A DNA stretch of 63,498 nt, the filler included, from Hyphochytrium catenoides (taxonomy: Eukaryota > Protista > Hyphochytriomycota): the NCBI GenBank assembly GCA_900088475.1. It is 10 parts of 10 records of this genome, joined end to end, with 100 filler letters (N's around TTAATTAATTAA, not from the genome) between each part and the next. Parts side by side here need not be neighbours in the genome. Positions count along the whole stretch, not along the records: positions 48,854 to 53,079 come from FLMG01002692.1; positions 53,180 to 55,060 come from FLMG01001968.1; positions 55,161 to 57,329 come from FLMG01002049.1; positions 57,430 to 60,710 come from FLMG01000045.1; positions 60,811 to 63,498 come from FLMG01001288.1; 5 more parts are not named here. One strand, written 5' to 3'. This document shows positions 51,074-62,244 of this stretch, in pieces. Numbering within the stretch: position 1 is the first letter of the stretch; each line of letters starts with the position of its first letter. Made by a program: the position numbers and the translations under genes. The notes beneath the pieces were generated by a model. It was not told the DNA's origin and searched no databases. It worked only from the letters and a program-made list of their open reading frames with translations.

Positions 51074-53079
51074 GATGAGATCAGAAAGCGTCGAATAGTA
51101 GGCGTGATACGAGGGAGAGAACTCCAAATGACTGAGGGAAGGGAAGAGAGAGATTGTGAGAGAGAGAGATTGTGAGAGAGAGAGAGAGAAGGGAGGAGAG
51201 AGAGAGAGAAAGAAAGAAGAAAAGAGAGAGACAGAGAGAGAGATGTTCCTTACGTCGGGTTTAAAGTCTTCTCTTTAGCAATGGTGTGCGGTCTTCCGCC
51301 TTTCTTCTTCCCCTTCTTATCTTGCGCCTGTGCGGGCAACGTGTAGAACTTCACGTACGGATCACTCTTCCCGTTGACGTCGCAGGCGCGGAGCCCTTCA
51401 GCGCTCAGGTTTGTCACTTTCAGCTCAACAGAGAGCGTCCCAGACGACACCTTAGGCGTCGGTTGAACTTCGAAGGAGGCAAAGACGGGCTTGTGGTCAC
51501 TGGCGGCGGGAAGCAAGAAGAGAGAAGGAGAGAAGGAGAGAAAGAGAGTGTGAGAAGAGAGAGAGAGAGAGCACATGAGGAGACAGACCCTAGGACAAGG
51601 GGGAACTATGACTAGGCAAGTAAAAAGACTTTCTTTCCGTTTGTTGCTCTCTTCTGTGGTGTCTCTCCATGTATTCTCTCTGTCTTTGGCTGCATACCTG
51701 GAGGTAATGCTGGGGACAGCTTTGAACTCGACGTTCGTCACGTTCTCTTTGAAGGCTGGTAAAGACTTCCAAAGAATCCTGTCGCANNNNNNNNNNNNNN
51801 NNNNNNNNNNNNNNNNNNNNNNNNNNNNNNNNNNNNNNNNNNNNNNNNNNNNNNNNNNAGAGAGAGAGAGAGAGAGAGAGAAGAGAGAGAAACGCTATAC
51901 GGACGAGAAAGATAGACTGGTTGTCGCTAGATCATAAAAATCTCATAAGGGCTACTGACATTATAGCTCAGCTCCTGGTCTCTAAGCACTTTGAATGTGG
52001 GCGCAAACTGAGGCTGAGACTCCGTCCAGCCCACCAAGACGCGCTTGGCTTCTCTCTCCGCTCTAAGCTGGTCTGCCTTCCAGAGATGATCCCAGGACTG
52101 CAAGGTCACCAAAGATAGAGAGGAAAGAAGCAAATGATGGTCAAAAGCGCCGTGAGGTCTTCCACTACCTCCGGGCTTTCTCTTCTTCTCTCTTTCTTTT
52201 CTAGGTGGTTCTCTGCAACCCTCTCTCTTCTATTTCTCTTTCTCTCTTGTGGCCTTCACGGGGCCAGTTGGCTTACTTTGCTCTCCACGAGTTTCTTGAC
52301 TTCTTCATAATGCTCCTGGTGTTCTCTCTCTTTCTTGTCCACAATGGGCAGGTCCACANNNNNNNNNNNNNNNNNNNNNNNNNNNNNNNNNNNNNNNNNN
52401 NNNNNNNNNNNNNNNNNNNNNNNNNNNNNNNNNNNNNNNNGAGAGAGAGAGAGAGGCAAAGTGCAGCGAAAGATACAGAGTCAGAGAATGGCAGAGAGAG
52501 ATACAAAGTTGAAGGCCAAAAGTTAGCAGGAGGAGCGAAAAAAGACCGTGGAGGGGAGAATGGGACAGGACCAGCAGAAGGAGAGAGTTTAGAAGGAGGC
52601 GGACATGATTGCCGGATATGCGTCGTTGGGAAGAGAGATGCTAAGGTTAAAGCAGGGTAACGGAGGAAGGATGGGAGGGAGAGATAGCGAACTGAGAGAG
52701 AGAGAGAGANNNNNNNNNNNNNNNNNNNNNNNNNNNNNNNNNNNNNGCTGACAAAGCAGAAAGTGGTTGAGTTCACCTTGAGCTTCACCGCCAGGCCGCC
52801 CTAAGAAGAGTGTGAAGGTTAGGTTCGCCTGCGAGATAAGCAGAAAAGAGAGAAGAGAGAGACGTGAAAGGGAAAGGGAGCACAGAAACAAGAGAAGAGC
52901 CAAGAACAGCCAGGACAAAGAGAGCCAGCTGAGCTGGGGAGGGACAAGATAAGGGATGAAGGTACACACAGGGAAAGAGAGAAAGAGAGAGGAAGAAAGA
53001 GAGAAAGAGGAGACTTGCCTTGTTTCCAACTACACCTGCTATGCCCGTCGCCTCCATCGTCTTCTCCACTCCTTTAACC
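50480..53079 (-). CDS. Inositol polyphosphate 5-phosphatase with C2 domain and C-terminal CaaX (5' partial, gapped)
   Basis: ATGIAGVVGNK-GGLAVKL..FCFVS; DQL..FAPTFK; CDRILW; SDHKPVFASF; C2 DVNGKSDPYVKF..KTLNPT-W..FDKD..DDLIG. Last exon ends RRGRRGKRG...GCTCSLL*. Confidence 0.93.
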
Positions 53080-53179
53080 NNNNNNNNNNNNNNNNNNNNN
53101 NNNNNNNNNNNNNNNNNNNNNNNTTAATTAATTAANNNNNNNNNNNNNNNNNNNNNNNNNNNNNNNNNNNNNNNNNNNN

Positions 53180-53813
53180 GAGGATGACGCCTACGGGAGC
53201 GGGCCAGACCACCACCGCGAGCTCATACCACATGGCGCCCCATAGCCCCACAGCTGTAGCGATCATGGGGAAGTAGCCCTGGAGGGAGAGAAACGGAGAG
53301 AGAGAGAGAAAGAGGGGACAGAGGGAGAGAAAAGGAAAGAGAGAGAGAAAGAAGAAGAGAGGGAGAAAGAGAGAGAGAGAGGAGACAGAGGGAGAGAGAA
53401 AAGAAAGAGAGAGAGAAAGAAGAAGAGAGAGAGAAAGAGAGAGGAGACAGAGGGAGAGAGAGAGAAAAGAAAGAGGGAGAGAGGAAGAGAGAGAGAGAGA
53501 GAGGCAATCAGAGAAAGCAGGAGAACGAAGAAAGACAGAAGAGACTAACGGAAGGGATGAAGAATCAACAAGCTACAGCAGAGGAAGATGTAGCACGAGG
53601 AGAGAGAAAGGACGAGAGAAAGGGAAGAGAGAGAGAGAGAGAAAGAGAGGCAAGGACATGGGAGGATAGAGGACAAGATAGAGGGACAAGAAAGGGCAAT
53701 CACGATGGCGAGAATGAATGACACAGAGGAGGAAAGAGACCGTAACGGGAAAAGTGGACAGACAGAGCCAGAGGAGAGAGCGCTGTAAGAGAAAAGAGGG
53801 AGCAACCAAGAGA

Positions 53814-53865
<52 letters not shown>

Positions 53866-54207
53866 GACAGAGAGACATACCATGCTCTTGGCGAGAGGCG
53901 TCGGCTCATGGCCCACCCAGCGTGGGCAGGGCAACCGAGTGAGGAACATCAGCCCCGTAAGAAAGACATGTACCTCCGTAAAGGCAAATCCCTTCAGACG
54001 GTGGAGCAGTCCTCTCTCTTTCTCTCTCTCTCTCTCTTCTCCCGTACCGATATCCAGTCTCTTCTTCAGCTCTTCTCTTGCCTCAATCGTCCGCTTCGCC
54101 TCTTGGACGATGACGCTCTCCTCTTTCTTCTGGGGAAGGGACTCAGAGCTCTCTTTCTCTGAGGATCTAGTCTTGTTGGTGGCCACTCTTGGTCTTCTAC
54201 GGGCCAT
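53180..54207 (-). CDS. cobS: CobS-like cobalamin synthase (adenosylcobinamide-GDP ribazoletransferase), 3' partial
   Basis: Exons 54207-53881 (start inferred) and 53278-53180 join to FLTGLMFLTRLPCPRWVGHEPTPLAKSM-GYFPMIATAVGLWGAMWYELAVVVWPAPVGVIL, matching the CobS N-terminal F(L/I)TRLP...FP pattern. Confidence 0.8.
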
Positions 54208-54284
54208 CCTTCGCACTAGCTCTGTCTCTCTCTCTGTCTCTCTGTCTCTCTGTCTCTCTGTCTCTCTGTCTCTCTCTCTCTGTC

Positions 54285-54328
<44 letters not shown>

Positions 54329-54726
54329 CTATATCCTTTTCTTCTCCCTCTTCTGCTAACTGCCTCCAGTCTGTTTGCCTCTCTTCTCTCTGTCCCTCTC
54401 TCTATCACCTCTCTCCCTCTCTCCCTCTCTTCTCTCTTCCTCTGTTGTGGGCCCGTCGTGTATGCCACTGCAAACGGAGCAACGAGAGTGCGGCTGATTA
54501 TCTAGAAAGAGGAATGAAGAAAGTAAAGCAGAAGCCGAAGAGGGAGGAGAGCGAGTCTCTCTCTATCCTTGAGGAGATATCAAGAAAAGAGATGAGGAGG
54601 AGGAACAAGAGTGCAGAGAGAGAGAGAGAGAGAGTGAAAGGAAGGAATTGAAAGAGAGCAACAAGGAGAGTGAGACAGAGACAGAATTACAGGGAGGAAG
54701 AGTGAAGGAGGAGAAGAAGAGAGAGA

Positions 54727-54759
<33 letters not shown>

Positions 54760-54767
54760 GAGAGAGA

Positions 54768-54806
<39 letters not shown>

Positions 54807-55160
54807 AGGGAGGACTGGCAGGAAGGAAGTGAAAGTGAAGATGCGAAGCAAGCAACTAGTCATTCGAATCCGGAATAATAAAAGTCTTATCGCTAATCAT
54901 AAGATACATAAAAGTAAAAAGTCATATTAGGAATCCGTACGCGGGAAGTACTGTTGATGGCGCTCAACCTTCTCCTGGCCCTTTCTTCGGGACAGTGAGA
55001 GAGGAAAGGAGGAGTCAACCAGGCCAAGTGGGAGACAGGGAAGACAAGAGAGAGAGAGAGNNNNNNNNNNNNNNNNNNNNNNNNNNNNNNNNNNNNNNNN
55101 NNNNTTAATTAATTAANNNNNNNNNNNNNNNNNNNNNNNNNNNNNNNNNNNNNNNNNNNN

Positions 55161-55319
55161 GGTCGTCGGTCGAGCTAGAAGAGAGGCCAAGAGCTTCGAT
55201 AAGGCCGAACTGCCCCAATGGCTCGGTCGTCGGTTGAGCTGGAAGAGAGCCCAAGAGCTTCGATAAGGCCGAACTGTCCCAATGGCTCGGTCTTCGGTCG
55301 AGCTGGAAGAGAGTCCAAG
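55161..55319. repeat. 64-bp tandem repeat, about 2.5 copies, running into the contig end
   Basis: Units start at 55161, 55225 and 55289 (ggtcgtcggtcgagctagaagagag...cccaatggctc). Confidence 0.85.
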
Positions 55320-55740
55320 TGCTTTCCCTGCCGCGGGTCTGCCACTCCTCCGCCATCGCCATTGAACAGACTGGAGGGCAGATGGGTAAGGGGAATGGCC
55401 AACTTACTTCCAGCTTCCATTAAACAGTTGATAGGTGGTGTGGGTTTCCAGGAGGTTATACAGGAGCAACCCCGATCTCTGAGGTAGATCACAGATGGAT
55501 TCCCTATTCTTTCCAGCAGCTGAGAACATGTCCATCCAAATGCTGATGCCTTGGTTGGGACTGATGAACTGTCTCGCGGCATAACGAAGCCCTTCGGCAC
55601 ATCTCGTTAGATCAGACTCAGATGAAGGTCAGCTGACAAGCATGGATTACGTTATATGATGGGCTGAAGCCCTGCAAAGCCATTCAGCCCTGTATAAATA
55701 TTACTGCGTCCTATCTGTCTTCGCCATCTACCAATTTGTT

Positions 55741-57329
55741 TTATGGCAAGAAGTCTAGCATCAGAAGCTTCCAAGCTGAGTTGTCTACAGATACCTCCTG
55801 CTGCGTCGTTGAACCAAGATTATCTATCGGGGCTATAGTGGGCTCGGGAGCTGGAGGACACACACAATAAGCCTCATACTGCTCCAAGCTCAGCCCCTGA
55901 ATTGTTGCGCCGCTAAATGCTACATTGCTCTCGTTCAATAACCTGTCAGCGACCTGGGTCCATATGTCTTGGGCATGATAGCTAGACAACGCCTTGACAT
56001 TGATGTCCGCAGCAGAAGTGGTAATTTTTGCGCTTGCTGCTGTGGACGTCCTCTCTGGCTCCGTGGCGTCACCGCCGTCCTCTCCGCCGCTTAGAGGGAC
56101 AAGCACAATTTCCACACTGTCGCTTGAGATATTGAGGACCTTGCCTAGTGTGTGAGCCAAGAGAGTGCCTGCCTCCGTCTCCATTTTAGGTCCTAAGATA
56201 ATGGCCGAGAGATTCCAACTATGCATCTCAGGGCAGGTCGAATTGCAATCAGCGCGAATAAAGGATGTCCTCGGGATAGGTGCGACCGTAGCTTCAGTAG
56301 GATAAGTACATATGGGTAACCCTGCACTGGACCGCCCACAGATGAAGTGTGACGGGCAGTTCCCATTGGGAAAATCCATCGAGCAGGCTGGGAGAGGCGC
56401 ACATAGGACCTCAGTTCCATTTTCAGATCTGGCCTGAACTAGTACGGAACCTGTTGGACAGGTCAATGGGTTCACGGTTCCCTTCTCTGCTTGTGCAGTG
56501 GTAGGCTCAGGGACTGGGGAGCTTCCGCTCGGCGCCATTGTTTTTGGGCTTGTTGGCTCATTCGTAGGTTCTACAGTCGGGACAGAACTTGGTGATGGCG
56601 TGACCTCCGTAACAGGTAACTCAGTAGGAGCTGGGTTTGGCTCTGGTGACCCGAGAACCGGCTCACCCGCCGCTGATGTAGGCCCGGCAGTGATGGCATC
56701 GCTTGGCACCCCTGTTGAAGCTTCGGTAGGCCTCTCATCTTGGACGGCCTCGGCACTGGGTGTCGCTGTTGGAGCAAAGGTTACCAAGTCAGCCGTTTCC
56801 CCAGTTGGCTGCTCTGTTACAGCTACAGTTGGAGTGTCTGTGGGATTATCGGTAGGGCTCTCGCTGGCTGCTTCATCTGGCCTGTGTGTCCCAGTTATGG
56901 GTGCTTCCGTTGGAACTGTAGTCGTCTCATCCGAGGGAACCTCAGTTGCTGAGCTCGGTGGCTCTGTAGTTGTCTGAGTTGCCTCTGTAGGTCTTTCCGA
57001 GTCAGTCCCTGAGGGAATAGCTGTGAGTGGCTCTGTAGGGGCGTTGGTGGCTATCTCGGTAGGCATCTCGGTATTTGCTGCCGTAGGCGGATCTGATGTC
57101 CGTTCAGTAGGTGTCTGAGTCGCCAGCTCTGCTTCAGTAGGTGCCTGTGTAGGTAACTCTGTCGGCACTTCGGTCGGAAGTTGGGTAGGTGTCTCAGTAG
57201 GTGCCTCTGTAGCTGACTCTGATGGCGCAACGTTGGGGTTCTCTGTAGGCGCACCAGTATCCCCATCAGTAGATGCTTCTGTACCCGCCACGGTAGGTGC
57301 TTCCGTCGCTGTATTACTTGGCTCCTCAT
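55741..57329 (-). CDS. Mucin-like Thr/Pro/Glu-rich surface protein with Cys-rich and possible SEA-like domain (5' partial)
   Basis: Open frame of over 500 aa with PTE/APT repeats, then CPTG..C..C..CP..C..C and a globular segment. Possible donor after TQQE, so the 3' end is uncertain. Confidence 0.8.
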
Positions 57330-57632
57330 NNNNNNNNNNNNNNNNNNNNNNNNNNNNNNNNNNNNNNNNNNNNTTAATTAATTAANNNNNNNNNNNNNNN
57401 NNNNNNNNNNNNNNNNNNNNNNNNNNNNNCTGTCCCTCGTCTCTCTTACTGTCTCTCTCCTCTCTCTCACTTACCTTCTCTCTCGGTCTTGTTGTCTCTA
57501 TCTCTCCCTCTCCTCTCGGTCTACCTCTCCCTCTCTCTGTCTGCCACGCTCCCTTCTTCTCTAACACCCACAATCTCTCCCTTCTTTTCTCTCTCTCTCT
57601 CTGGCATCTTCCACTTCCTTCCTGCGCACTGA

Positions 57633-60600
57633 ATGAGCAGTTACCAGGAAGGCCTTGGTCTCCAGAAGGAAGGAAAGCTGGAAGCTGCTCTTGTCCTCTT
57701 CACGGCGGCTCATACGCTCGCTCCTTCCAAGCCAGAGTACATCCGAGCTAAGGGAGACATTTATCTGCAGATGTTAGACGTCAAGGTGAAGAGACAGACT
57801 CCAGCATGAGAGGGAGAGAGAGGAATATGTTAAATTTCTAGTAGCAACTTAGGCAGAGCTGTAAAGATAGAGAGGGAAAGACAGAGAGAGAGAGAGACAG
57901 AAAGAGAGCAAGGGAGACAGAAAGAGAAACAGAGAGAGGGAGAGAGACAGAAAGAGAGCGAGGGAGACAGAAAGAGAGAAAAATAGAGGGAGGGAGGGAG
58001 CGAGAAAGAGAGAGAAGGGAGAGGGAGAAGACGAGAGACTGGGAGAGAGAAGACATGAGAAGAAGTGGAAGGCAGTTCATCAGGAGCCGGTTCTTGCTAT
58101 AGCAACCTCATCGTTGCTTTCTCTGTTCCTTCTCTTATTGGACCCTCTCAGTCGGCGCTATCGCAGTTTCGCAAGGTGATTGAGCTGGACCCAGGTGCGC
58201 TTTAACTCTATCTCCCCTTAGTCTCTCATTTTCTCGTCAGCTGGGAAGTACTGACTTAAATTCTCAAACTTCACCTTCCATTTCCTCTCTTGTCCTCTCT
58301 TACTTTCTCTCTCTCTCTCGCCCTCTCTCTCACTCTCTATGTGTCTCTTTCTCTGTCATACTTTTCTGTCTCTGTCTGTGTCATTTATCGCATCTTTGCA
58401 TAACTCTTCCTTTCTCTTCTCTTCTATCCGTTCTCTAGCTTTAAAGTCCTTTCAGTCTCTGCCGGTGGGTTTCCCGCAGCCTTTCTCTCATGGTCCTCTG
58501 CTTACTGGCTTTTGTACGGTGTCCTAGATGATGTCAAGACAACCCAAATAGTTTCCTCGCTGCTAGATTTGCAGGTGGCAATCGCTGTCGCTCTTTCTGG
58601 CCTCTCTATAGCTCTCTGCCTGGGGATTCTCTCTCTCCTCCGTCACGCCTTTTGCGATCCAAGCTAGACACTTCTCTCCTCTTCACTCAAGTCTTAACTA
58701 TGGGCTTGGACGGGTGGACTTGACGGCTGGAAGTCACCTTCTCTTTAGCCTGTCTTACGATAGACGCTAGGTTCCCTGGATCTGGATACTTGCCTTTCCA
58801 TCTCTTACGGTTATCTGTCGTCGTGCTGCTCTTGACTTAGGGACACCGCTGCCTTGAAAAAGAGGAGCTCAATGCTGCTATTACCTTCTTTGATGAGGCT
58901 ATCAAGCTCGATAACACGGAACCGCTCTTCTGGATGCACCGGTAGGTGATCCAAGAGAGGGTCAAATGGTGGGCGTGACAGGGAAGGGCAATAGAGAAGA
59001 AGATGTGAAGCATCCAATTGAAGCGATAGTAAATGGACATCTCAACTCCACTCTGTCTCTCTGTCTCACGGACTAAAGGACGCTGGCTAATATCAAGGCC
59101 AAGAGATGGACAGCGGTCGCTCAGGACCTTGACCGCTGGGCAACTGTGGACTATCAAAACGCTATTCCATACATTCTGAGGGCGAAGTTTCGCTGGTCCA
59201 ACCAGATGAGAGCCAAAGGACAGGCTGACATGGACAAAGCAGCCTCTCTATGGCCCGATCATCCTGAGGTCAGCCAACTCAGATCCGCTTTTAGAATAGA
59301 TGAGAGTTAACCGAGTGTGAAAAGTGGTAGAAGTCGCTGTGAAAGAAAGAAGGAATAAAAGTGAGGAAGCTCTGGAGGAGAAGGGTAGACGGAGGTACCG
59401 AGACAGAGAGAGTATGATAGCTATGGCGGGATAGGCACTCAGTTCCGTGTCCGGTCAGGTTACTCTTCACGAGAAGAATGCGAGTCAACACCTTGAGCGT
59501 CTGAAGGAAGAGGCTAACCGAAGCCTGATGAGCGGAGACTTCGAAAGAGTAAGTGGTGGTCTTTCAGGAGTCCCTTGGGAGCGGGGTTGTCATGAGAGAG
59601 AGAGATCCATGAGAGCTCCTTATTGAAACACTGCTCATGTCTCTCACCCTCTTGCAGGCAATCCAAGCCGTGACATTAAGCTTGGACCACGCGTCTAGTG
59701 ATCTCCATATGTACCTGGTGAGGGCCACGGCTTACAGACTCAAGGTAAGATGACGAGACCCGGGCCTCGCAGGCAAGGGGTCGTGTGACCTCTGTCATGT
59801 TTATCCTAGCAAACCAACGTAAGGATCGCCACATTCATCCTTGCACACTTACTCTTCTGCTGCTGGTTCGATGACTTTCTTCCAGGGAGACTTTGAGGCT
59901 GCTCTTAAGGATGTAGAGAGTGCAGCTGCTTTACAAAATGGCGGTGATCGGCACAGAGAGCACTTGGACATTACGAGGCAGAGAAATATGATCATCAATG
60001 GTACGACTCTTCTCCGCCCAACCGTCATGTGAAAGATAAATATCGTGCTCGTCCTTCATGCTCTTCAGGCCTCTTCCCTCTTCAACTTCGATGGTTCTGC
60101 CGTAGATTCTATGCCAACGTCCACTGCTGAGTCTCACATGCTGTCGTTATGCGTTGCATTCTTAGCAATTCCCTAGCACTTTCGTCTCCCTACATCTAAG
60201 CTTTCCTGTTCTAAAACGCATGTGTAACGTTTCTTGGCTGTAGACGTGGCTCTCGCCAATATGCGTGCCAAACGATACGGGAAGGCCATCGAGCTTCTTT
60301 CGTCCGTGGTCCAGTCAAAAGATGGAGACCATCCACAATACTACGTCAACCGAGGGGATTGCTATAGGAACATGGGTAGATTGGATCTTGTACGGTACCA
60401 TGGAGCTTGGGCGGGGCAACTAGCGCGTAGATAGAGGAAAAGGCCGAGAAGAGGTGCATAACGGTCGATGAAAGAGGAGTGCCTAGCAACCTTTATTGCG
60501 AGAGAAGCCGTGGGTCTAAGTGACCCTTTCACTCGGTCGACGCTTCCTCTCTTAGACCTCTTTATCATACCAAGCTTCTTTGGGCGCTGGCAGCTAACCA

Positions 60601-60710
60601 ATACGCTTTCGCTCACTACCTTAGGCCATGGAAGACTATCGCACTGCCTTGGCCAAGGACTCTTCCGCTTCGCAGGTGCGGGAGAGAATCTCCATAGTCC
60701 ATCACGCCGA
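57633..60710 (+). CDS. TPR protein, TTC16-like (3' partial, start uncertain)
   Basis: Ten in-frame exons, e.g. EAALVLFTAAHTLAPSKPEYIRAKGDIYLQM, SLLDLQ-GHRCLE, RNMIIN-DVALANM..QYYVNRGDCYRNMGRLDL-AMEDYRTAL, resembling TTC16 (YND.A...YINRGDC) from memory. Confidence 0.8.
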
Positions 60711-60810
60711 NNNNNNNNNNNNNNNNNNNNNNNNNNNNNNNNNNNNNNNNNNNNTTAATTAATTAANNNNNNNNNNNNNNNNNNNNNNNNNNNNNNNNNN
60801 NNNNNNNNNN

Positions 60811-61145
60811 CAGATAGATCATTATCCACCTTCTGATGATGGGAATCGGGAAACACTGCGGGATCGCCCAGAAGTCTACAAAATTCGGTTGTCCACAACC
60901 CAGCTCCAGCAACCGATGATATTCAACAACAAGTACCTCCTTCCCGACTTCGGCTCTTCAAACGCCGACTTCAACTAGAAGACTCCATTTTCTCGATGGG
61001 TAACCATATTAACAACTCCTCATCACCGACTGAACCCAGAACTATAGAAGAGGCTCTTTCTGGGCCGGATGCTTCCGAGAGAAACGCCGCCAAGTGAAAT
61101 AGCGTCTATAGAACAACACGACGTTTGGGAACTCGTTAAACGTCC
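60811..61145 (+). pseudogene. Copia pol fragment (RT N-terminus)
   Basis: EPRTIEEALSGPDA...EIASIEQHDVWELVKRP with a frameshift, cut by the LTR at 61146. Confidence 0.75.
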
Positions 61146-61417
61146 TGATGAAGTTTACAGAGCTGGATGGCAATGCCTGAAGCTTCTGTTGTATGAGTAT
61201 AATGTAGATGAAACAATAACAAAGGGACTGGGTATTGATATATGACTGAGGTTTTCTGAATGACCGAGCCATAAGTCTCTCTGGTCTGCTCTCAAGATCC
61301 TTTTGCTCGGCCCAGCTTCCCTCATCATCTCTCTCTCCTGTGCTGCTCCTGCGTTCTTCTGGAAGTCTTCTCACATCTCTACTGTACTATTGACAACGAA
61401 CCTTGTAGCAATCAACA
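61146..61417. mobile_element. LTR family C copy, 272 bp
   Basis: TGATGAAG...ATCAACA, homologous to 9993-10226 and 3069-3412. Adjacent atcccctc is PPT-like on the minus strand. Confidence 0.75.
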
Positions 61418-61963
61418 ATCCCCTCATACCTAGCTTCTCTGGATCATCAGTGGTGACGGTCGAACTAACTCACCTAATTGTCGCTCTCACTCACTCTCTC
61501 CCCCTCAGACGAAGCTGTAAAGAGTACTGGAAGTTACTGCTTACGTTCGGACTCTGCACTGGAAGTCTCTCGCGCACTGTCTCTGCACTAGACCGTGCTG
61601 GTCTTCTGCGTTAGACTTTGCAGATGGAAGTTCTGACGGCGCTCTTCTGAATTTCTCACTGGACACAAGGACCGAAGCTCTTGAAAGCCTTTCTTACTTC
61701 GTGTCTCTTCTGAGGTCTTTATCTCTCACTCCCCTTCTACTTCTATCTTCGTTGCATGTGTTGCTCTTTCATCGTAGAACTTGGATATAGGAAGTAGTTC
61801 AGTATTAAGTTAGGGACTTGCGTAGTTTAGCTAGTTAGCTCTAGAAGAATCACTAGACAAGAGCTTGATGAGCACTTGGTCACTTTGATCAAACTAATTA
61901 ATTCATCAATCTCCTACGAAGAGCACAAGTCCAACACTACCTCTCAACGAGCACTCAGCTAAA

Positions 61964-62244
61964 GGTTATGGGCCCACGTTACCCATTCTTCGAACATGGA
62001 CAGCGCCAACGTCATGCCGACAACCAAGAACGCCTTTGCTCTAGCAAAGCTTGGCTTCGACGACTATCGGGACTGGGCATACGAGATGGAGTATCTTCTC
62101 CGCCGAGAGAGCTGCTGGAAAGTTTCCAAGATGAGGTGAAAGATATCGACAACGGCAAGTCTTTTACCTATGACAAGGGATTCGAAGACTTAGCGGAGAA
62201 GGCACTAGCGTACATCTCTATGTCCATAGGAAAGGCTCAGAGGG
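61964..62244 (+). mobile_element. 5' part of a Copia element: PBS and gag start
   Basis: GGTTATGGGCCC at 61964-61975. ATG at 61996 gives ..KLGFDDYRDWAYEMEYLLRRESCWKV, then a frameshift to AEKALAYISMSI. Interrupted at 62245. Confidence 0.8.

Noticed and set aside
48854-55060. Functional clustering of PAN protein, 5-phosphatase and cobS
   Set aside because: cobS is on a separate contig beyond a spacer, and no functional link is evident for the other two.
55161-55319. CRISPR-like array
   Set aside because: Units are contiguous with no unique spacers; eukaryotic context and no cas genes.
55557-55600. Hammerhead ribozyme suggested by CTGATGA
   Set aside because: Followed by GAAG rather than GAAA, and no convincing stems I and III.
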